Positions 12,205 to 23,016 of a stretch of DNA of 64,000 nt are shown piece by piece. The position numbers and the translations under genes were made by a program. The stretch comes from Nitrospirota bacterium (lineage in GTDB: Bacteria > Nitrospirota > UBA9217), in the NCBI GenBank assembly GCA_963790205.1, contig CAWBNQ010000003.1, positions 160,001 through 224,000 on the forward strand, written 5' to 3'. Every line of letters begins with the position of its first letter. Positions within the stretch are counted from its first letter, which is position 1. Below the pieces are notes generated by a model that had not been told where the DNA came from, ran no database searches, and saw only the letters and a list, made by a program, of their open reading frames with translations.

Positions 12205-12966
12205 ATGCCCAGATTCCCCCGATTTTTCATATCCCCCGAACAGGTGGTCGGCCCGTTGATCACCGTCTCCGGCGAGGACGTGCGCCATATCGGAGCGGTC
12301 CTTCGCATGAAGACAGGCGATGAACTTCTGCTCTGCGACGGTCAGGGGACCGAGTATTCGGTCAAGATCGCCCGCGTCGACCGGTCCGAGATCAAAACAG
12401 AGATTGTTAGCAGGACGCGGCGCGAGCTCGCCTATCCCCGCGTCACCCTCGGCCAGGGGTTGCCCAAGTCGGACAAGATGGACTGGATCGCGCAGAAGGC
12501 CACGGAACTCGGCGTTGCAACGATAACCCCGCTCGTTACGGAACGGACCATCGTCAAGGTCAAGGACGAGGAGAAACGCGTTTCCCGGTGGCAAAAGATC
12601 TGCCGCGAGGCGGCCATGCAGAGCAACAGACCTGATATCCCCTCTGTCGGGCATATCATTGCTTTCAATGATTTTCTCCGAACACCGAACTCTGAACTCC
12701 ACACCCTGAAGCTCCTTCCTTGGGAAGAGGGAACAAAACCCATGAAAGACGTTCTCCGGGGAAGCGAAGGCATCAAACATATTAGCGTTCTTATCGGCCC
12801 CGAGGGAGGATTCTCCCCGGCTGAAGCGGAATTGGCGACGAGCAGGGGGTTCCATCCCGTGAGTCTCGGGCCGAATATTCTCCGCACCGAAACTGCGGCC
12901 GTGGCGGTTTTGAGTATGATCCTCTATGAAACAAGCACCAATGAGCAAATAACAAATATTAAATAA
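12205..12966 (+). CDS. rsmE: 16S rRNA m3U1498 methyltransferase
   Basis: HI..VLRM, QKATELGV, IGPEGGF, LGPNILRTETA. Confidence 0.95.
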   Translation: MPRFPRFFISPEQVVGPLITVSGEDVRHIGAVLRMKTGDELLLCDGQGTEYSVKIARVDRSEIKTEIVSRTRRELAYPRVTLGQGLPKSDKMDWIAQKATELGVATITPLVTERTIVKVKDEEKRVSRWQKICREAAMQSNRPDIPSVGHIIAFNDFLRTPNSELHTLKLLPWEEGTKPMKDVLRGSEGIKHISVLIGPEGGFSPAEAELATSRGFHPVSLGPNILRTETAAVAVLSMILYETSTNEQITNIK

Positions 12967-13024
12967 GAGATTTAAGATTAAGATCATCTCCAATGCGAGC
13001 GTGCTAAAAGACTTCTCAGGGAGC

Positions 13025-13258
13025 TCGGGATCCTTTGTTTTTTCTGCACCGCCGCTCACAGCTCCGCGCAGACATGCCAGGATATCTTCTATTTTACGTG
13101 TCAATGCGGCAATCCATGAGCGCTTACGCTACGCACGCGCATGCATAATTTGTGGTTCACCGGGTTTTTTGCCGGGCATGTAAAGCGCGTCCCTGTTCAC
13201 GGGATGCAGGGGCCTCTGGAAAGGCAAAAGATTAAAGCTGTTGCCTTACCCCTGCGCC
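13025..13258 (+). repeat. 234-bp dispersed non-coding repeat, copy A (candidate structured RNA or MITE)
   Basis: Aligns end to end with the reverse complement of 34973-35206, about 80% identity by eye, with single-base indels. Confidence 0.85.
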
Positions 13259-13378
13259 CAAAAAAATACAGGATCTTGAACATCCAGAAGGGTTTGTAAA
13301 TTGTATCCCCCGGTATTTTCCTTGACACTAAAATAGGTGAGATGTTAATATCAACGTCTACGAAAGGCAGGCTTTCCC

Positions 13379-13831
13379 GTGAAACTGGCAATCGGCTGCG
13401 ACCACGGCGGTTTTGAACTGAAGGAAGAAATCCTCAAATTCCTCAAGACCATCGCGAATATTCAGGTTTCCGACTTCGGGCCCGCGGGCAAGGACTCCGT
13501 TGACTATCCGGACTTCGGCGCGAAGGTTTCCGAGGCCGTGTCGAAAGGCGCCATGGACCGCGGCATCCTCATCTGCGGCACGGGCATCGGCATGTCGATC
13601 GTGGCCAACCGCTACCCCGGGGTGCGCGCCGCGCTCTGCCACGACCATTTCACTGCGCAGATGAGCCGGGAACACAACGACGCCAACGTCCTCGTCATGG
13701 GCGAACGGGTCATCGGCAAGGGCGTTGCGCTGGAGATCGTGAAGACCTGGCTCGATACGGAATTTGCGGGCGGCCGGCACCAAAAACGACTCGACAAGAT
13801 ACGGGAAATTGAAAAATCGATAAAGGGATAA
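13379..13831 (+). CDS. rpiB: Ribose-5-phosphate isomerase B
   Basis: DHGG, DYPD, CGTGIG, HNDANVL, FAGGRH..R. Confidence 0.96.
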   Translation: MKLAIGCDHGGFELKEEILKFLKTIANIQVSDFGPAGKDSVDYPDFGAKVSEAVSKGAMDRGILICGTGIGMSIVANRYPGVRAALCHDHFTAQMSREHNDANVLVMGERVIGKGVALEIVKTWLDTEFAGGRHQKRLDKIREIEKSIKG

Positions 13832-13835
13832 CACC

Positions 13836-15089
13836 ATGTCAGAACTGAACCAGCAGGACCCGGAAGTCTATAACGCGATCAAAGGCGAGGAGGAGCGCGA
13901 ACTCTCCAAGATCGTCCTTATTGCGTCGGAAAACTACGTGAGCCAGGCAGTGCTCGAAGCGCAGGGCTCGGTGTTCACGAACAAGTATGCGGAAGGATAT
14001 CCCAACCGCCGCTACTACGGCGGGTGCGAGTTCGCCGATCAAGTGGAGACCCTGGCGATCGAGCGCGCGAAACAGCTCTTCGGCGCCGATCACGTGAACG
14101 TCCAGCCCCACTCGGGCTCTTCCGCGAACATGGCCGTCTACTTCAGCGTGCTCCAGCCGGGAGACACCATCCTCGGCATGGGGCTCCCGCACGGCGGGCA
14201 CCTGACCCATGGGGCCAGCGTCAGCTTCTCGGGCCAGCTCTACAAGTCGTTTTCCTACGGCGTTGACAAGAAAACCGAACTCCTCGATTACGACGAAGTG
14301 GAGCGGCTCGCCGTCGAACACAAGCCCAGGATGATCGTATGCGGCTACAGCGCCTACTCCCGCGTCCTCGATTTCGCCCGGTTCCGCAAGATCTCGGACA
14401 AGGTCGGGGCATACCTCATGGCCGACATCGCGCACATCGCGGGTCTCGTCGCAGCGGGCGAGCACCCGAGCCCGGTGCCGTACGCCGACTTCGTGACCAC
14501 GACCACCCACAAGACCCTGCGCGGACCGCGCGGCGGCATGATCATGTGCAGGGAGAAGTTCGGCAAGGCCGTGGACAAGGTCATCTTCCCCGGCATCCAG
14601 GGCGGACCGCTCGTGCACGTGATCGCGGCCAAGGCCGTATCGTTCAAGGAAGCGCTCCAGCCGGAGTTCAAGGACTACCAGCGCCAGGTCAAGAAGAACG
14701 CCCAGGCCCTGGCCAGGCGTCTCACCGAGGACGGGTTCCGGATCGTCTCGGGCACCACGGAAAACCATCTCATGCTCGTGGACCTGACCCCCAAGAATAT
14801 TACCGGCAAGGACGCCGAGACGGCGCTCGACGCCGCGGGCATCACGGTGAACAAGAACAGCATTCCCTACGACCAGAAACCGCCGGTCACCACGAGCGGG
14901 ATCCGCCTCGGCACGCCGATCGTGACCACGCGCGGCATGCGCGAGCCCGAGATGAAGGTCGTCGGCGACTTGATCTGCGAGACGCTGGCCAACGGCCATT
15001 CCCCGGAAAAGCTTGCTGCTCTCAGGGAGCGGACCAAGGCCTTCTGCAGCAAGTTCCCGCTGTTCGCGATGGAAAAAGCAAACGTATAG
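13836..15089 (+). CDS. glyA: Serine hydroxymethyltransferase
   Basis: [35 protein letters not shown]. Confidence 0.98.
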   Translation: MSELNQQDPEVYNAIKGEEERELSKIVLIASENYVSQAVLEAQGSVFTNKYAEGYPNRRYYGGCEFADQVETLAIERAKQLFGADHVNVQPHSGSSANMAVYFSVLQPGDTILGMGLPHGGHLTHGASVSFSGQLYKSFSYGVDKKTELLDYDEVERLAVEHKPRMIVCGYSAYSRVLDFARFRKISDKVGAYLMADIAHIAGLVAAGEHPSPVPYADFVTTTTHKTLRGPRGGMIMCREKFGKAVDKVIFPGIQGGPLVHVIAAKAVSFKEALQPEFKDYQRQVKKNAQALARRLTEDGFRIVSGTTENHLMLVDLTPKNITGKDAETALDAAGITVNKNSIPYDQKPPVTTSGIRLGTPIVTTRGMREPEMKVVGDLICETLANGHSPEKLAALRERTKAFCSKFPLFAMEKANV

Positions 15090-15189
15090 TATTGCCACAG
15101 AGTCACCGAGAGCATAGAGAAGAGCATACGGTTAAAAAAGATTCCTCTATGTCTCAGAGCCTCCGTGGCTGCTTTTAATTTTAAACGAC

Positions 15190-15645
15190 ATGACTAAACA
15201 CACCCGCCCCTCGTGGGACGAATATTTTATGGAGATCGCGCACCTCGTGAAGAGGCGCGCCACGTGCCTCCGCCGGCAGGTCGGGGCCGTCCTCGTCAAG
15301 GACAGGAACATCCTCGCCACGGGCTACAACGGAGCGCCGTCCGGTATCGAGCACTGCCTCGAGCGGGGCTGCCTGCGCGAACAGCTCGGCATCCCCTCGG
15401 GCGAGCGGCACGAGATCTGCCGGGGCCTGCACGCCGAGCAGAACGCGATCATCCAGGCAGCCAAGCACGGCACCGGCATCGAGGGCTCCACGCTCTACTG
15501 CACGAACCAGCCCTGCGGCATCTGCGCCAAGATGATCATCAACGCGGGCGTGAAGCACATCATCTACGAGGACGGCTACCCGGACCAGCTGGCCGCGGAA
15601 ATGCTGAACGAGTCCGGCATCAAGATAACGCACTATAAGAAATGA
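15190..15645 (+). CDS. dCMP/cytidine deaminase-family protein
   Basis: [22 protein letters not shown] zinc motifs. Confidence 0.93.
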   Translation: MTKHTRPSWDEYFMEIAHLVKRRATCLRRQVGAVLVKDRNILATGYNGAPSGIEHCLERGCLREQLGIPSGERHEICRGLHAEQNAIIQAAKHGTGIEGSTLYCTNQPCGICAKMIINAGVKHIIYEDGYPDQLAAEMLNESGIKITHYKK

Positions 15646-15731
15646 AGGTGGGAGATTGGGAAGATGGGAAGTTGTGAAGGGGAAACCCATCTTCTCAGCT
15701 TCTTAAGTTCCCAGCTTCCCACGGTAAAACC

Positions 15732-16214
15732 ATGCGCTGCCCCTACTGCTCCAGCCTCGACAATAAAGTGGTGGATTCCCGGATCGGCAAGGAAGGCGAT
15801 TCCATCCGGCGCCGCCGGGAGTGTCTCAAGTGCGAAGGGCGGTTCACCACGTACGAACGCGTCGAGGAAGTGCTCCCTTCGGTCATCAAGAAGGACGGCA
15901 GGCGCGAGCCCTACGACCGGATGAAGATCCTGAACGGGCTGAAAAAAGCCTGCGAGAAGCGGCCCGTCAGCGTCGAGGCGCTGGAAAAGACCGTGGCCGA
16001 TATCGAGAAGTCCCTCCAGGATAAGGGCTTCAAGGAGATCCCGAGCACGGCGATCGGGGAAGAGGTCATGGGGCACCTCCACAAGCTCGATGAAGTCGCC
16101 TATGTCCGCTTCGCCTCGGTCTACCGCTCGTTCAAGGACATCAACGAGTTCATGAAAGAGCTCAAGGACATCCTGAGCAGCAAGGAAATGAAAGAATTAA
16201 AAGACTCGACGTAA
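15732..16214 (+). CDS. nrdR: Transcriptional repressor NrdR
   Basis: MRCPYC, RRRREC..C..RFTTYE, ATP cone, AYVRFASVY. Confidence 0.97.
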   Translation: MRCPYCSSLDNKVVDSRIGKEGDSIRRRRECLKCEGRFTTYERVEEVLPSVIKKDGRREPYDRMKILNGLKKACEKRPVSVEALEKTVADIEKSLQDKGFKEIPSTAIGEEVMGHLHKLDEVAYVRFASVYRSFKDINEFMKELKDILSSKEMKELKDST

Positions 16215-16337
16215 AGATTCACGATGCAGGATGCAGGACGCATGACGATCCGGCAATTCAGTAAGAGGCGTCCGTCTTAGGTTTTTTATCGTGTATCGTG
16301 TATCCTGAATCGTTCCCCCATCTTTCCTCTAATCCTC

Positions 16338-18512
16338 ATGCATAGCCTCGTCGCAGACATAGCCGTCGGCATATCCGTCCATAAAACTTTTCACTACCGT
16401 GTCCCTGAAGAGCTGCAGGGTCTTCTCGTGCCCGGCTCGCGGGTACTCGTGCCCTTCGGGAGCAGGAAGGTCGCGGGAACGGTGCTTGGGTTTCCCGAAA
16501 CGGCCGAGGTCCCGGGCCTCAAGACCATTGCCGAAGTTCTCGACAACCCTCTTCCCGCCGAACTTCTCGAACTGGCCCGCTGGATGGCGGATTATTACAT
16601 GCATCCCCTCGGCCAGACCATTGAAGCCGTCGTTCCCAGGGCGGTCTCCCGCGCAAAGCCAAAAAAGAAAAAGTATCTGCAGCTTGCCTTGGGGGACCAC
16701 GACCTCGATTCTATCCGCGGGCCGAAGCAGAAGGAACTCATCTTGCTCCTGTGCGATCACCAGGTCATGAGCATCGAGGACCTTGGGAAATTTTCTTCGG
16801 GCACCATCAAGTCGCTCTGCGACGCGGGTATGGCGCATATCGTCGAAAAGGAAGCCGAAGGAAAACCGGCGCAAAAGGGATTTATTCCGAGCGATCCCCC
16901 GGGCCTCATGCCGGAGCAGACCGAGGCCGTGCGCCGGATCAGCGAGACCGTTTCAAACGGGAGCTTCGGAGTGTTTCTCCTGCACGGGGTGACCGGCAGC
17001 GGAAAGACGGAAGTGTATCTCCATGCCATCAAAGAGCTTTCGCGTGCGGGGAAAGGCTCCATTGTGCTCGCGCCCGAGATAGCGCTCACGCCGCAGCTTT
17101 TGTCGCGGTTCCGGCTGCGCTTCGGCGAGCGCGTGGCCGTTCTGCACAGCGGGCTCACGGACCGCGAGCGGGCGGACGAGTATCGCCGCATCCAGACGGG
17201 ACAGGTGGACGTGGCCGTGGGCGCGCGGTCGGCCGTGTTCGCGCCCTTTAAAGACCTCGGGCTCATCATCGTGGACGAAGAGCACGAGAATTCCTATAAG
17301 CAGGACGAGGGCCTCCGCTACCACGCGCGGGACGTCGCGATCATGCGCGCGAAGTTCCAGAATGCCGTCGCCGTGCTCGGCTCGGCCACGCCGTCGCTCG
17401 AAAGCTATTACAACGCGAAGAACGGCAAGTATGAGTACCTCCGGCTCGCGGTCCGTGTGGACCACCGTCCCATGCCCGAGGTCGAGATCATCGACGTGAA
17501 GGCGCTCCCCAAGCAGGAGCTGTATTCGCCCCGGCTCCTTTCGGACATCAGGCTGCGGCTTGAGAAGAAGGAGCAGACGCTGCTGCTCCTGAACCGCAGG
17601 GGCTTTTCGTCGGTCCTGATCTGCCGCGAATGCGGCGCGGCGATCAAATGCCCGAGCTGCAGCGTGTCCCTCACCTATCACAAGTCGGAACAAAAACTCA
17701 AGTGCCACTACTGCGGATTTCTCACTCAGCCTCCTGATAAATGTCCGGCCTGCAACGGCATCGAGCTTGCCTTGATCGGTTCAGGCACGCAGAAGATCGA
17801 AGAAGAACTGCAAGCGCTTTTTCCCGCTGCACGGCTTAAGAGAATGGACAGCGACGCGGTGAAGGGCAGAGACGCTTATGACAAGCTGCTGCAGCAGGTC
17901 GACCGTCTGGAAGTGGATATCCTGCTCGGGACCCAGATGATCGCCAAGGGGCACGATTTCCCGGCGGTGACCCTCGTGGGCGTTGTTGACGCCGACGTGG
18001 GACTGAACCTGCCGGACTTCCGGTCCGCTGAAAAGACGTTCCAGCTCATCACCCAGGCCGCGGGCAGAGCGGGAAGGGGAGAGGCCGCGGGCGAGGTCAT
18101 CATTCAGACCATGAACCCGAACCACTACTCGATCCAGCACAGCAGGACCCACGACTACGAGGGATTCTATAACGAAGAGCTCGTGTTCCGCACGGAACTC
18201 GGCTATCCCCCCATCGGGCGTATCATCAAGCTTGAATTCAAAAGCGCGCGTGAGTCTCTTGCAGCGGAAGCGGCAAAGACTGCGCAGAACCGCATCCGAA
18301 ATCTCATGCGCGGAAAAGACACGATGCTCCTGGGGCCAGCTCCCGCCCCGATCTCGCGTTTGCGGGGCCAGTACCGTTTTCAACTGCTGTTACTTTCTCA
18401 GAAACGGGAGGCGATCAGACGGCTTGCAGTCGAAGGGAGGAATGTTGTGGAAGAGAAGTACGGCAGGAAGTGCAAAGTCATTATCGATGTCGACCCGGTA
18501 GACTTAATGTGA
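16338..18512 (+). CDS. priA: Primosomal protein N'
   Basis: GVTGSGKTEVY, DEEH, four CxxC pairs, QAAGRAGR, IDVDP. Confidence 0.97.
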   Translation: MHSLVADIAVGISVHKTFHYRVPEELQGLLVPGSRVLVPFGSRKVAGTVLGFPETAEVPGLKTIAEVLDNPLPAELLELARWMADYYMHPLGQTIEAVVPRAVSRAKPKKKKYLQLALGDHDLDSIRGPKQKELILLLCDHQVMSIEDLGKFSSGTIKSLCDAGMAHIVEKEAEGKPAQKGFIPSDPPGLMPEQTEAVRRISETVSNGSFGVFLLHGVTGSGKTEVYLHAIKELSRAGKGSIVLAPEIALTPQLLSRFRLRFGERVAVLHSGLTDRERADEYRRIQTGQVDVAVGARSAVFAPFKDLGLIIVDEEHENSYKQDEGLRYHARDVAIMRAKFQNAVAVLGSATPSLESYYNAKNGKYEYLRLAVRVDHRPMPEVEIIDVKALPKQELYSPRLLSDIRLRLEKKEQTLLLLNRRGFSSVLICRECGAAIKCPSCSVSLTYHKSEQKLKCHYCGFLTQPPDKCPACNGIELALIGSGTQKIEEELQALFPAARLKRMDSDAVKGRDAYDKLLQQVDRLEVDILLGTQMIAKGHDFPAVTLVGVVDADVGLNLPDFRSAEKTFQLITQAAGRAGRGEAAGEVIIQTMNPNHYSIQHSRTHDYEGFYNEELVFRTELGYPPIGRIIKLEFKSARESLAAEAAKTAQNRIRNLMRGKDTMLLGPAPAPISRLRGQYRFQLLLLSQKREAIRRLAVEGRNVVEEKYGRKCKVIIDVDPVDLM

Positions 18513-18955
18513 TGGAATCGTCTCGCAGCGTTGCAAAGAATGCAGTGAATTTATTTTGATTACTTCTCGCCCGGACACACCGAACCAAAACGATTTGGCC
18601 GCAAAGATGCGCAAGATTCGCAAAAAAACAGACACTACTCTTATGCTTTTTGCCTGCACCCAGTGTTTACGAGTGCGTATGCGCGAGTGCAGGGCGCGCA
18701 TTTTTGCGGCAAATTTCTTTTTGTTTTGAGAAGAATTTTATTCCTTAAGTTACTAACTCCGAGCTCTGAACATTGAACTCTGAACTTTTGTTATAGGTCA
18801 TCCGCACTCCCAACTCCTAACTGTTGTTCACGCGTCTCCCGCCTGACTTCCTACGAGAAAAAGCTTCTTGGGCGAAAATAAGCGCTTGAAACCACCGGGA
18901 TATCTCAGTATAATAATTTTATAGGCTGTGGCTGAAAAAACGGGAGGGAAACTGC

Positions 18956-19156
18956 ATGAAACTGCACGTCAACATAGAAATCGATGAGTCGGGCTACTAT
19001 GTGGCGGAGGTTCCCGCATTGCCGGGGTGCCTTTCACAAGGGAAAACGCATGACGAGGCGCTCGCAAACATCAAGGAAGCCATCGAGGGATGGTTTGAGG
19101 TCATGGAAGCGAAGGTTGTCCCGCCGCCTTCTCATCTCATAGAAGTAACCGTTTGA
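18956..19156 (+). CDS. hicB: HicB-family antitoxin (short form)
   Basis: Y.AEVPALPGC.SQG.T..EA..NI.EAI. Confidence 0.9.
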   Translation: MKLHVNIEIDESGYYVAEVPALPGCLSQGKTHDEALANIKEAIEGWFEVMEAKVVPPPSHLIEVTV

Positions 19157-19377
19157 TGGGAAGCGATCTGAAACTGGTTTCCGGCTTGGAGGCTGTAAAA
19201 AAGTTCCAACGAGCCGGGTGGACTGTCATGAGGCAGAAAGGCTCGCACGTCATGCTGACAAAGCCTGGATACCAGTGGACGCTTTCTATTCCACAACATG
19301 AGGAACTTGGTCCAGGGCTGCTGCGAAAGCTTCTCAAACAAGCCGAAATATCGGTAGAAGAATTTAACAAATTGTAG
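19156..19377 (+). CDS. hicA: HicA-family toxin
   Basis: GW...RQKGSH, IPQH.EL.PGLL..LL.QA; coupled to hicB. Confidence 0.9.
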   Translation: MGSDLKLVSGLEAVKKFQRAGWTVMRQKGSHVMLTKPGYQWTLSIPQHEELGPGLLRKLLKQAEISVEEFNKL

Positions 19378-19527
19378 AGTTCTTGTTCCCCTCGCAAGCC
19401 GCGAAGCTCCTTCCTCCCCGAACCCCGAACTTTGACTGCCGTAAACATCCTGATTCTGAATCATGCATCCTGCAGTTCCATTCCGCAATCCGAAATTTGC
19501 AATCCGCAATTAAAAAGCTACTAACTC

Positions 19528-20394
19528 CTAACTCCCAACTACGGCCGCAGCCTGAAGCCGGCCGTGTTCCGTTACGCGGTCGTACTCTTTATTGTTTTTC
19601 TTCTCTTCCTCCAGAACTGCTTGCGCCAGCGCGTCTGCCCTCAGCTTCAGCTCTCCACAGGTCGGATACGCGGGGAGCAGCAGGTAAAGATTATCGTATA
19701 TATCCTGGCTTGCCTTTCTGTCTATTTCTTCATGTCCTTTTTCATGGTCCTCCAGGGCAACAAGGCCCCTGTTCCAATCGTCCGCCAGCTTCTGATCGCT
19801 GCTCATGTCCTTCCATCGGGGATACGTGAAGGTTATCACGGTATCGATCCTCACGCGATCTATGGCACACACGCCGTTATGCTGCTTGAAACCGATGTTC
19901 CAGCGATACACGGCGTGCGTAAGGCCCGCGTAGCCCTCGGGGCCGAGGCCGGCTATCTGGGAGCGGAGCTCTTCTTCGGTCGAACCGGTGATATCGTAAT
20001 ATTTCGTGTCCGTGCTTATAAAAACGCCGGGTTCGCTGATCGGCGTGGAGCCGGTCGTGCCGGAATAGAGAACGTCGATGGTCCCCGGAATGCCGCTGCT
20101 CCCGGAGGCAATAGCGGAGACGATGGCAGCGACGAGAGCAAAAAAGCAGATGATCGGGAGCGAGCTTATTGAAAGGCCGATAAGAGCGCGTTTCCTCGGC
20201 TTATCCCTGAAGGTCGCAACGATGCTGAAGGGAAAGGAAACGAGCGTGCCTGCCAGTGCGATATTTTCTATGAATGATTTCAGGAAGCTTCCGCAGGGCG
20301 GGTTGATCACGAACCACGCGATAAGCGCGAGAAGGGGAACGAGCGCAAGCCGGATGCTGATCGTTCCCAGTCGTGTTCGGGGCTGTTCGTCCAT
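19528..20394 (-). CDS. Membrane-anchored DUF922-like putative Zn-dependent protease
   Basis: N-terminal TM helices; YYDITG.T...L, T.P.W, HEKGH (HExxH), YD..T.HG. Confidence 0.72.
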   Translation of the reverse strand: MDEQPRTRLGTISIRLALVPLLALIAWFVINPPCGSFLKSFIENIALAGTLVSFPFSIVATFRDKPRKRALIGLSISSLPIICFFALVAAIVSAIASGSSGIPGTIDVLYSGTTGSTPISEPGVFISTDTKYYDITGSTEEELRSQIAGLGPEGYAGLTHAVYRWNIGFKQHNGVCAIDRVRIDTVITFTYPRWKDMSSDQKLADDWNRGLVALEDHEKGHEEIDRKASQDIYDNLYLLLPAYPTCGELKLRADALAQAVLEEEKKNNKEYDRVTEHGRLQAAAVVGS

Positions 20395-20537
20395 TGGTCT
20401 GATTATAGAAGAAGAACGACAATGATGCAATCGATAATCTTCCCGGGGAGGTCTCTTCTTGTTTGACTCTGGGGCAGATCGGAAAGGCCTTCAAGGTCGC
20501 GTGAACACTGGTTACAAGAGGAAATGTTAAGATACAA

Positions 20538-22138
20538 CGGGCTGTTGCCCAAATGATATTGAGAAAGCCACTCAGTAATGCTATATTGCTGCGACGTCAA
20601 TCACGACATCAGGAGCCAATAGCCATGATGGGATTGCAGCAACCGCCTCAAAGCAGCTTGTTCTATATCGGCATCAATATAGAAAAACGGGTTCGTGAGA
20701 ACCATCCTTTGAGAAAAGTCAATACGCTGATCGATTTCAACTTCGCCTATGACGAAGTCAAGGACTTGTACGGCAACAACGGCAACGTTTCAGTGCCACC
20801 ACCAATTATCCTGAAACTGATGCTACTCCTGATCTTTTATAATGTCCGCTCGGAGCGGGAGCTGATGGACACCCTGCCAGAGCGTATGGATTGGCTCTGG
20901 TTTCTCGGGTATGACCTTGATTCTGAAATTCCCAACCATAGCGTGCTATCCAAGGCCCGCAAAAAATGGGGCCTCGATGTTTTTCAAAGGTTCTTCGAAC
21001 GTATTGTTCTGCAGTGCGCGGAAGCCGGTCTTATTGACGGCCGCAAGATCTTCGTCGACTCCAGTCTGGTGGATGCAAATGCCTCCAACAGTTCGGTTCT
21101 CGATACCCGGAACCTGAAACATCAGTTGCACAAAAATTATAAAAAGCTGGAAGCCCGCTTGGAAGAACGCACCGAAAGCACTGATCCTTCCAGGACCTAC
21201 GAAAAAAAGAACAACCGCTATATCTCCACCACCGACCCGGACGCGGCCCTGGTGAACCGGGGGAAATCCAAACTTTCCTACCAAGTGCATCGGGCCGTTG
21301 ACGGTAAAAAAGAAATCATCACTGCAACCGACGTAGCGCCCGGCGATGTGAACGAAGCCCATCTGATGCTTTCGCTGCTTGAGCAACACCACGCAACAAC
21401 GGAAGTCGAGGCCGAAACGGTTGTTGCGGACAGTAAGTACGGAACGATCGACAACTTCCTTGCCTGCCATGACAAGGGCATAAAGGCGCATATCCCGGAT
21501 TTACGAGACGTGGCGATCAATCGCATAGCGAAAACCGACATCTTTATGGAAGATAGATTTTCCTATGATCCTGCCACCGACTCCTATATGTGCCCGGCAG
21601 GAACTCAGCTCAAGCCGAAGTCGCTGCATATAGCCAGACAAAGCCGGGATTACGCAGCGCCCAGGAAAGTCTGCGCAGCGTGCCAGCTTAGAGAGCAATG
21701 CACGAAAAACAAGTCCGGCCGAACGATCAAGCGTCATCTCCGGCAGAATGTTCTGGAGCGCATGCGTGCAATCAGTCGATCAGCCAATGCACGGTACGAC
21801 ATCAAAACCAGACAACACCTGATGGAGCGATCCTTTGCCAGGGGCACCCGATACGGCTTCGATCAAGCACGCTGGCGAGGCCTTTGGCGAATGCGGGTCC
21901 AGGAATATATGACCTGTGCCATCCAGAACATGCAAGTGCTAATAGCGCATGCTTCCAAGCCGAAGAAAGCAGCTGCGGTACGGCTGCTCGTTGTTCAAAG
22001 AACAGTGGCAAAGGCTTTCGGATCGCTCATTTTGCATATTCCCTTGAGACAGAACCGATATTGCCCGTCATTAGCTTAGACCTCTTTACGCATCAAGGCG
22101 CTTGATCGTTCGCGGGAAGTCCTTTGGGCAACAGCCCG
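20538..22138 (+). mobile_element. IS1182-family insertion sequence
   Basis: Perfect 16-bp IRs CGGGCTGTTGCCCAAA / TTTGGGCAACAGCCCG; ACAA duplicated at 20534-20537 and 22139-22142. Confidence 0.9.
20625..22079 (+). CDS. IS1182-family transposase
   Basis: SEREL, PNHS.LS, VDSS.VDANAS, STTDPDA, ADSKYG, CPAG/C..C...C insert, ERSFA. Confidence 0.9.
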   Translation: MMGLQQPPQSSLFYIGINIEKRVRENHPLRKVNTLIDFNFAYDEVKDLYGNNGNVSVPPPIILKLMLLLIFYNVRSERELMDTLPERMDWLWFLGYDLDSEIPNHSVLSKARKKWGLDVFQRFFERIVLQCAEAGLIDGRKIFVDSSLVDANASNSSVLDTRNLKHQLHKNYKKLEARLEERTESTDPSRTYEKKNNRYISTTDPDAALVNRGKSKLSYQVHRAVDGKKEIITATDVAPGDVNEAHLMLSLLEQHHATTEVEAETVVADSKYGTIDNFLACHDKGIKAHIPDLRDVAINRIAKTDIFMEDRFSYDPATDSYMCPAGTQLKPKSLHIARQSRDYAAPRKVCAACQLREQCTKNKSGRTIKRHLRQNVLERMRAISRSANARYDIKTRQHLMERSFARGTRYGFDQARWRGLWRMRVQEYMTCAIQNMQVLIAHASKPKKAAAVRLLVVQRTVAKAFGSLILHIPLRQNRYCPSLA

Positions 22139-22159
22139 ACAAGACCTGACCCTAAGCGC

Positions 22160-22666
22160 TTTCTGTACTCCTCGGTCCGAATGGTGAATCGCGCCGGGAA
22201 GGGGGTTTCTGCTCTGGATCGCCATCCGAAGCGCTGAGAGGCTCAATGCCGTGTCGATATTCCGTGAGATGGTATATCCGATTGCTTTCCGCGAACAGAG
22301 ATCCAGAATAACCGCCAGGTATACGAAGCCGACTGCGATCCGGATATAGGTGATATCGGCAACCCATACCTGATTGAGGCTGGTTACCCGCAGGTCTTTA
22401 GTCAGGTTCGGATATACGGGATAAGGATGGTTTCTGACGAAGCGCCTGGTTTTCTTGACCAGAAGGCCCTTTTCCCGCATGATCCGGTGCACTTTTTTGT
22501 GGTTTACCGGGACAGCTTCCCGATGCAGCTGACGAGTGACTTTCCGATACCCGGCTTTCGGGAACTCTTCGGTGATTTCCTCGATCCGGTTGACCAGGAC
22601 CTGGTCCTCAGGGAGCAGTTCCTGTTTCTTTGAATTATAATAGTAGCTGCTTCGAGGGAGCTTCAT
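22160..22666 (-). pseudogene. IS3-family OrfB transposase, truncated after HSDRGVQ
   Basis: YRKV, NHKKVHRIM, WVADITY, HHSDRGVQ, then unrelated sequence; catalytic Glu region absent. Confidence 0.85.
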
Positions 22667-23016
22667 GAGTTCGCACCCCCTCGTGACGGTTTTGATAAGG
22701 TCTCGGTGGTCGGTAATGAACTGCCTTTTTTTTGGGACTGATCGAAGCTCTGATGCAGCGCTTTTTTTAAAAACTCATTTTCCAGGTGAGCTTTTCCGAG
22801 CGCCTGCTCCAACTGGCCGATACGTTCTTCCAAAGCAGCTTCTTTGGCAGAGTCGGCCTCGAAGCTGTTTTTGATAAACTGCTTCCTCCAATGATACAGA
22901 AGCCCGGAGGAAATGCTGTGTCTCCGGCAGAGCTGGGCCGCAGTGCTGACCCCGCTCAAGTATTCTTCAACAACTTGGCGCTTGAATTCGGTACTGAACT
23001 TCCTCTGTTTGCTCAT
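22663..23016 (-). CDS. IS3-family OrfA (HTH)
   Basis: RKFSTEFKRQVV...LCRRHSIS..LLYHWRK...LENEFLKKA. Confidence 0.88.
   Translation of the reverse strand: MSKQRKFSTEFKRQVVEEYLSGVSTAAQLCRRHSISSGLLYHWRKQFIKNSFEADSAKEAALEERIGQLEQALGKAHLENEFLKKALHQSFDQSQKKGSSLPTTETLSKPSRGGANS

Noticed and set aside
13001..13183. Small ORFs in the 234-bp repeat (RLRYARAC.ICGSP in both copies)
   Set aside because: Indels shift the frames between copies and starts/stops are not shared; DNA identity explains the peptide match
22143..22155. GACCTGACCCT as the right IR of the IS3 element
   Set aside because: Only a short partial match to TGAACTGACCCC; no terminal CA and no extended similarity
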